Assembly (NCBI GenBank): GCA_001567355.1
Contig: JYNZ01000003.1
Coordinates: 136,655 to 177,990, forward strand
Length of the DNA: 41,336 nt
From: a candidate division WS6 bacterium OLB20
Lineage (GTDB): Bacteria > Patescibacteriota > Dojkabacteria > B142 > OLB20
Direction: 5' to 3'
In this document: one piece after another, positions 34,759 to 41,336 of the stretch
Layout of the letters: the number at the start of each line of letters is the position of its first letter
Position numbering within the stretch: position 1 is the first letter of the stretch
Program-made: the position numbers and the translations under genes
The notes under the pieces: model-generated
Told to the model about the DNA's origin: nothing
What the model saw: only the letters and a program-made list of their open reading frames with translations
The model's database searches: none

Positions 34759-37735
34759 CTAGATTACTGTCACAGTGATCGTATTGGAGTTGATAGTCAC
34801 TCCCTTTCTGACACCCCGCACCACAAGAGAGTAGGAACCAGGAGTTGCCGGTGTCGCCCATGTGCAGCTGCTAGCAGTGCATGTTGCTCCGGATGCAGTT
34901 CCGTTTACTATCAGCTGTATGTTATTTAGCTGTACACCGGTGTATGTGAAATTAACCTGGTTATTGCTTCCTCCCGCAAGAATTGCGCCATTTGCAGGCG
35001 AGTCGATGGAGGTGGTACCGAGTTTTTCCAGTGTGATTGATGTTGTGCCGTTATTGCCTGCCGAGTCAGTGACTTTGACCGACAGAGTGTGATTGCCTAC
35101 GGCAACATCGCCAATATTGTACGAATCAGAGTGGGGCAGGCTGGTTACCGTATCCAGAAGTGTCCCGTCAAAATACAGCTCTGCACTGGTTACATCGGCC
35201 TGTGCTGAAAAGGCGTTGAAGTTGACATTCAGTGTCGTCCCGCTGATTACAGCACCGTCAGTTGGTGCTACAAAAGCAGCCCATGGAGCCATAGTCCCAC
35301 CTGGATTCCGGTTGATATCACAGAACTCGGTCGGGATCTCAGTTGCACCGATATCAGGCCGCGTTGCAATCCACTTGTCCAGATATGACTGCAGGCTGGG
35401 GTCCGGCATCTTGTAGATCTTAAGGACAACCTCCATTGCCTGGCCTACGGCAATATCTATATCGCGCGCGACCTTTCCGGGCTGATCCTTACAGACAGTA
35501 ACCCGGGCTACTGATACGTACTTAGGAACCGCAATGCCTGCGATGGCGAGATCAGATCCTCCGACCCCCTCGCAGCTTGCGCCTTCCTCGGCCGAGCAGG
35601 CACCAGCCGATATGACACCGGTCAGGGCGGGGGAACGGTGTCTTAGGTATTGAACCGCCTATACGTTTGACGAACTCGGCAACCCACGGGCGTGCTGTTC
35701 TGAATCCTGAGGCGCCGTATCGCATTCCCTCATTATTATTGTTGCCGATCCATCCCACAGCAACGATTTCGGGCGTGTAGGTGGCAAACAGGGTCTCCTG
35801 CTGTCCTTCAGATGTACCGGTCTTACCTGCAATATCCCGTCCGTCCCAGCTGTCACCCGGACCGCTGTTGCGGCCGTTAAGGATATGGTTAACCAGATAT
35901 ACACCTCTGGCATCAGCTACCTGCTCAGACTCAGGCTTATGTTCATAAATAACGTTTCCTTCTTTATCTTCAATTTTCAGAATGACTTCATGCCGGGTAA
36001 GCTTTCCGCTATTGGCAAGTACACCGTATGCCTGCGCATGCTCAATGAGTTTGACGTCAGCACCGCCGACAGAGATGGACGGTCCATAGCCCTGCGGATT
36101 AGTCAGCGTCGTGTATCCCCAGCGCTGCATCTCTTTGACAAAGCTGTCAGTGCCCATTTTGTTGACCAGATAGATCGCGGGGATATTCCGGGATTCGCGA
36201 AGATGCCACCGTGCCGAATTAAGCCCGGTAAAGCCGCCTTCATAGTTTTTCGGTTCATAGTTTCCGATCTTGATCGGAATGTCAGGGATGATGGATCCAG
36301 GCGTGATAATACCGTCCTCCATGGCCTTGTAGTACACCATCGGTTTCATGGACGAACCGAACGACTGCAGCGTGTCAGTTATGTTTACATTAGGTTCAAA
36401 CCTGCAGCTGACACCAAGCGTACAGCCGGCTGGCGTTGCCTCAGCAAAATAATCCTTGGAGCCAACCATGGCTACGATTTCACCATTATTGGGGTTGAGC
36501 GCCACAAGAGCAGCGTTTTCTCCGCCGTATTTTGATCCGTACTCATTAACTCCCTTAAGTACCTGTTCTTCTGCAATCTCCTGATAATCAAGGTCAAGCG
36601 TTGTTGTAATTTTGTATCCGCCGGTCTCTATGTCTGACAGCTCAAAGGGTTCACCCTGATTGTAACCGCGCTGCTGCAGAAGCTTCTGAACATAGAACAC
36701 AAAGTGGGGTGCCTTGATATCAAACCGGGGTTTGATATAGGTAAGCTCATATGCGCGTGCCTCATCAATCATCTCCTGCGTCAGAATATCCTCGTCATTG
36801 CCATTAAGTTCCTTTGCCTTTGAGTTGATCAGGTCGCGGTAGCGTTCCATCTGATCCAGAACATACTCCTGACGCTGTTTAACAAGCTGCTGAGACTGCT
36901 CGGGATTTGCAGATTTTGTAGGAGAAAGCTGTGTCGGGTTCTGAGGGATGGCAGCAAGAATAGCCATCTCAGCAAGATTAAGATCCTTGAGGTCCTTACC
37001 GAAGTATACCTTTGCAGCAGTAGTGACGCCATAGATATTGCTGCCTTCAGGTGCTACAGTCAGGTACATTTCGAGAATCTCGGATTTATCACGCTCACGT
37101 TCGATCTGCAGGGCAAGAATAACCTCTTTGATCTTACGTTCAAGCACGCGCTCATTAGTCAGAGCAGTCTGTTTGATCAGCTGCTGTGTTATGGTTGATC
37201 CTCCGCAGGATGACTCGCCGGCACGGATATAGGCAAAGCTGCAGCGCAGGATCGCGGTCACGTCAACCCCAGGGTGGGAGTAGAAATCAATGTCCTCAGC
37301 TGCCAGAAACGCCCACTGCAGAAGCTGCGGGACTTCTTCGATGTTTACGGGATCACGGTTTTCGTCACCAAATACACGGTAGAGCTCTTTGCCGTTTCTG
37401 TCGTAAATTACGCTGGCAGCACTTTTGTTACCAAATGGTTTATCCCGGCTGGGAAGATCCTCGGTTATACCCTGCACATAGGCCAGTGCAAAAATCAGCC
37501 CGACAGTTATGACAATCAGCATGATTGCTCCCAGCGAAAGCAGAGCCTTGCGGACACGCTGGCTTTTAAGGCGCTGCATTATGCTGCGCTTTCCTTTTGA
37601 CTGCCTGGATTTTTTAGCAGTGCCGGACCCGAGACGCCATTTTTTTGACGAAAAGTTGCGTTTCTGAGAACCGGTAACACGTCTCCGGGATTTATTGCCC
37701 GAGCGGGAAACCTTTATCTTGGTTGAGTATGCCAT
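34759..37735 (-). CDS. Class A penicillin-binding protein (transglycosylase-transpeptidase) with C-terminal Ig-like domains, split by one frameshift near 35620
   Basis: GT51 motifs AAEDIDFYSH, GGSTITQQLIK, RKIKE; transpeptidase motifs GSSMKP, SRN, AGKTGT. Deleting one base at 35620-35621 joins the frame to ORF 34759..35436. Confidence 0.88.
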
Positions 37736-37757
37736 AGGTTATGAACAATCGTTATCT

Positions 37758-37766
37758 ATTATAGCA
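37758..37766 (-). promoter_or_regulatory. Extended -10 element of the PBP gene
   Basis: TGC-TATAAT on the minus strand, 22 nt upstream of ATG 37735. Confidence 0.6.
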
Positions 37767-37833
37767 GTATTTTGCCGCTACAATAACCACAGCGAAAAAC
37801 CTGCAATTATCTGTCAGGGAACGTTACAGGGGA

Positions 37834-39000
37834 TCAGTCAAGCAGGAATCGCACTACTGCAGTGGCAAATTCTGCTGCGTCAAACAGTGACTCTGTCAGC
37901 ATATACTCCTGAGAGGTATGCTGCAGATCACCTCTTACTCCAAATCCGTCAAGGACGGCAGCATCCGGATTGGCACGACTGAAGAGATTGGCTTCTGAAC
38001 CGCCACCCCGGTCCTCGATATGCAGCGTTCTGTCCTGATCCCTTGCTACAGAGGCAACAACATCCAGAAAAGCTCCGGTCGCCTGTGACGGCTGCAGGGG
38101 AGGGAAGTCCAGACCGACACTGAAACTGGCGCCGAATCCGTCCTCGTTGTTGATTGCCTCAACCTGCTTTTCAATCCATGCCAGAACACGTTCCCGCTCA
38201 TAATCAAAGATGTAGCGGATATCGATCTTCAGATCAGCATGTTCTGCAAGTACAGCAAAACCACTGCCTGCAGTGATCTGCCCTGTATTTACTGTTGTCC
38301 CAGAGCTGTAATCGGCAACCTTCTCCTCAAGAGTGGTAATCAATTCTGCGGCTTTGAGGATTGCACTCTTGCGCTGTTCCTTGCGGCCAAGCACACCGGA
38401 ATGACCACCATCAGCAGTTATGGTCAGATCCACATATGCCAGCCCCTTGCGCGATCTGACAACAGATCTGTCCCGCGCTGCTGGTGAGTCAATCCCATCG
38501 AGCGTTGACTCAAATACCATGATGAAATCCTGGTCACGGGCCAGCTCTTCGAGCACATGTTTATACCTGTTTCTCGGTCCTTGTTCCTCCTCGGTCGATA
38601 CTGCCACAGTCACATTCTTCATCTCTCCGGCAGCAGCCAGCTCCCTCAAAAGTGCGATAATCACCATCAGGCCGCCTTTCATATCCTGTGTTCCGCTCCC
38701 GGTAAGACGGTCCTTTTGGATTAGAATCCTGTCAGTGTCTGCAGGCAGGATGGTTTCAATATGTCCAGACAGCAGTACCGAGGGCTTTGCCTTGTCAAAG
38801 TCGGGGGATCTGGCAATCAGAAACGGAGCCCTGCCGGCAACCTGTCGGCGCTCGATTGCAAGCCCGGTTTCAGCGAGCAGACTCTCGTAGAAGTCAATCC
38901 CGGCAGTCATACCGGGTATGTTCTCAAAATGCGTATCAATAGAAAGCAGTTGTATCAATTCATCAAGCAGTCGCTGTCTGTCCATCTGACTGTATTTCAT
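37834..39000 (-). CDS. M20 family metallopeptidase (carboxypeptidase G2-like)
   Basis: LLSGHIET, GSGTQDMKGG, TEEEQG, FES, RKG, GGHSG, GGGSEAN and LDGFG..G..QHT..E. Confidence 0.9.
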   Translation of the reverse strand: MKYSQMDRQRLLDELIQLLSIDTHFENIPGMTAGIDFYESLLAETGLAIERRQVAGRAPFLIARSPDFDKAKPSVLLSGHIETILPADTDRILIQKDRLTGSGTQDMKGGLMVIIALLRELAAAGEMKNVTVAVSTEEEQGPRNRYKHVLEELARDQDFIMVFESTLDGIDSPAARDRSVVRSRKGLAYVDLTITADGGHSGVLGRKEQRKSAILKAAELITTLEEKVADYSSGTTVNTGQITAGSGFAVLAEHADLKIDIRYIFDYERERVLAWIEKQVEAINNEDGFGASFSVGLDFPPLQPSQATGAFLDVVASVARDQDRTLHIEDRGGGSEANLFSRANPDAAVLDGFGVRGDLQHTSQEYMLTESLFDAAEFATAVVRFLLD

Positions 39001-40157
39001 AAATAAGTGCTGCTGCCAGGCTGGCAGATACAGCTATGGTGTCAATGCGGACATAATCATCAGGCGAATGCTCGTTGCCGCCTTTTGGGACCCAGACCGT
39101 CAATCACCTGCAGAGCAGGATTGTACGCGTAAAGATTGCAGACATCAGACCAGCCGCCTCGTGGACGTGCACTCACAGTAATTCCGACTGATCTTCCTGC
39201 AGTCTGAGCACGAGTGAGCAGATTATCTGTTCCACTGTTCTTCGGCAGGGCAGGCAGGTCGTAGCTGTATCCGTGATCTGCAACCTTAACTCCGGGAACA
39301 TATGTACGACTGCAGATTTCGGCTATCCCTTCTTTTACCCTCGCTGCCTCGATATTATCTGAGTACCTGCAGTCAAACGCAAATTCGCAGTTTTCAGCAA
39401 TCACCGTGTTTTTACGTCCTCCCTGAACAAACGCAAGATTGATTGTTGTGCCTGCCTGATAATCAGCAAGTCTATCAATATCTGCCATCATTCCTACAGC
39501 ATGGGAAATAGCATTACTGCGTTCACTTTTTTGCGACAAAGCACCCGAATGTCCGCCGGGACCATGCACCGAGAGGGTCTGCTGGAATATTCCTTTTCGG
39601 GCGGATGCAAGCACAAATTCCCGGGGATATGCAGGGTCTGTGTCAGGCAATCCGCCATCATCAGCTTTTTCAAACCCAAGAACATGTGTCACCCGGGCAG
39701 CCACCTCGCGCATCTGATCCTGAAACGCTGGTGATCCTTTTTCTTCACAGGTGTTTACAACCACCAGGATATTTTTAAGTGCTCCTTCTGCTGCGAGTTT
39801 CCCCAGACAGGATGAAACCGCGACAAATGATGCCTGCATGTCAGATGCGCCGGGTCCATATACTCTGTTTCCATCTGTACGCACCGGGACATCCTGTTCG
39901 GGCGTGAAAACTGTATCCGCATGCAGTATCAACGCGATTCTTGGAGCAGCGGAATCCCATCTCTCAGTCCGAAAGCAGGTAAAGTCAGCAAAGTCCGGAT
40001 GTGTTGCTGTTTCTGTTATGAATCCCTCGGGCAGAGACTGACCGAAACGCGAGACTGTACGCGCAACACCCTCACGGTTTGCCGTATATGAGTTTATCGA
40101 GAGCAGTTCTGTAAGCAACTGCTGACTATACTTGTGCAGAAAGGAATTTGTGCTCAA
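38963..40157 (-). CDS. M20 family metallopeptidase (carboxypeptidase G2-like), frameshifted near the 3' end
   Basis: LHADTVF, GPGASDMQ, CEEKGS, GFE, RKG, GGHSG, GGWSD and IDGLGP. Removing one base from the run at 39083-39086 restores KGGNEHSPDDYV and a stop at 38963. The start (TTG 40157 or 40196) is uncertain. Confidence 0.85.
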
Positions 40158-41212
40158 TTTCTTCTTCAATCTGCTCGGGGCGGTATCCAGCTCCAAGCAT
40201 CGAGATCACAGTAGCATGGTCAAGAACAGGAAACCAGACCGGATCCCGCTGACTGATTTTCAATCTCCCTCCAAGGTTTCCGATACGACCAGCAGTCTGA
40301 AGTACCTTGAACAGCATTTCGCCATCATCATCTCCAAGCTCCTTGATAAGTCCGTTGCGCTTGGCATTCATCAGTACACGCAAAAAAGTTTGCATGACAT
40401 GCTTCACCAGCCCCGTTATCATTTACCTTACGGGCAGGTTTTGTCGGAATCTCAAGCGTGTAACTGTTGCCGTTACGGTAACTGACAGCAACACCGTCTG
40501 CACCGCGTGTTTCGAGGATAACCGGTACGCCTGCAAGTACGGATGCACGCATATTGTGTGTATCGATAGTCGCTGATTCATTTCTGGAGGCCAGCATAAC
40601 ACTGACACGTCCGCCCTGGATTGCGCGACTGATGATCGTGTCATCGTAGTTGTATGACTGCGCTATAGCTTCGGCGGATGACTCATTTAATGTCCATGCA
40701 AACACCCCATCAGTGTTTGCCTGCCGGTACCCGTCGGCCACTTCTGCGATCACATCAGGGCTGAAGGCACTTGCGACAACAAGATCAGCATGCGTTACGC
40801 GACTGCGGACATCATTTGTCACCTGAAAGCGATCACGTAAATCAGTATGCTTGACTCCGATTTTTGGCTGTTCCGGATTGCCGGAAATAATCATATACAC
40901 TTTTTCAGTTGTACCTGCATGCGGCTGCTGGTAGACCCGTATACCTTTTCTTTCCATATACCGGCTGATTGACTGCGCACCATGGTCATACCCCTCATCG
41001 GTGACCCCTCCCACAGTGATAAAATCGATGTTCTGCTCGCCCGTTGCCTGCAGTGCCAGGGCATTACATGCACCTGAGCCTCCGACAGTAACGACTTCAC
41101 CCTGCATCGGGGAGGTCACATCCGGACTGTATCCGTGTCCTTCGGGAAGGAACAGTGAAGTCTCAATCGTACTCGAACCTAATACTGCTGTTCGACCGTT
41201 TTGTGAATTCAT
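40126..41212 (-). CDS. PfkB/ribokinase-family kinase-like protein, frameshifted at an A6 run
   Basis: GGSGACNALAL, SRNES, ETRGADGV and VNDNGAGEAC. Removing one base from the run at 40382-40387 continues into ORF 40126..40422 (FLRVLMNAKR...AGRIGNLGGRLKISQ). Confidence 0.75.
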
Positions 41213-41233
41213 GATTTTTTGGCTTACAACTAA

Positions 41234-41335
41234 TTAATAAGAACGGACTCCATCAAATTCGTCCAGACGGACTCCTGCACGATTGGTAAAGCTGACTGAT
41301 GATGTGCGTGACAGTCCGGTCCCTTTTTCTTCAAG
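41234..41335 (-). CDS. 3' end of an unidentified CDS running off the window
   Basis: Open frame LEEKGTGLSRTSSVSFTNRAGVRLDEFDGVRSY* ending 21 nt before the PfkB-like ATG. Confidence 0.5.
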   Translation of the reverse strand, partial: LEEKGTGLSRTSSVSFTNRAGVRLDEFDGVRSY

Positions 41336-41336
41336 A

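Noticed and set aside
41243-41275. Direct repeat ACGGACTCC (two copies)
   Set aside because: Only two 9-bp copies, inside a minus-strand reading frame (GVR twice); not a CRISPR array.

Overview
Chromosomal housekeeping region of a small-genome bacterium using the standard genetic code. The gene content (short-form AlaRS, Ig/FN3 surface proteins, little Shine-Dalgarno signal) suggests Patescibacteria/CPR, possibly Dojkabacteria; this is inference. From left to right: a translationally coupled three-gene orphan operon ending in a 1021-aa glycine-zipper protein; a minus-strand DUF3048 / solute-binding lipoprotein / Ig-protein operon; pyrG; a 1.5-kb non-coding gap; an FN3 surface protein; DUF368; folC; alaS; a CTP-dependent lipid kinase; murB; a RelBE-like pair; mutL; DUF192; clpP; tRNA-Val(GAC); the thrS-infC-rpmI-rplT-pheS-pheT cluster; a PBP1A with Ig tail; two M20 peptidases; and a PfkB-like kinase. 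The main finding is that the 'thrS' has lost two of three Zn ligands, the motif-2 Arg and other synthetic-site residues, while its editing and anticodon-binding domains look intact. It is therefore a candidate pseudo-synthetase or trans-editing factor at the canonical thrS locus. Several single-base frameshifts in base runs look like sequencing errors.
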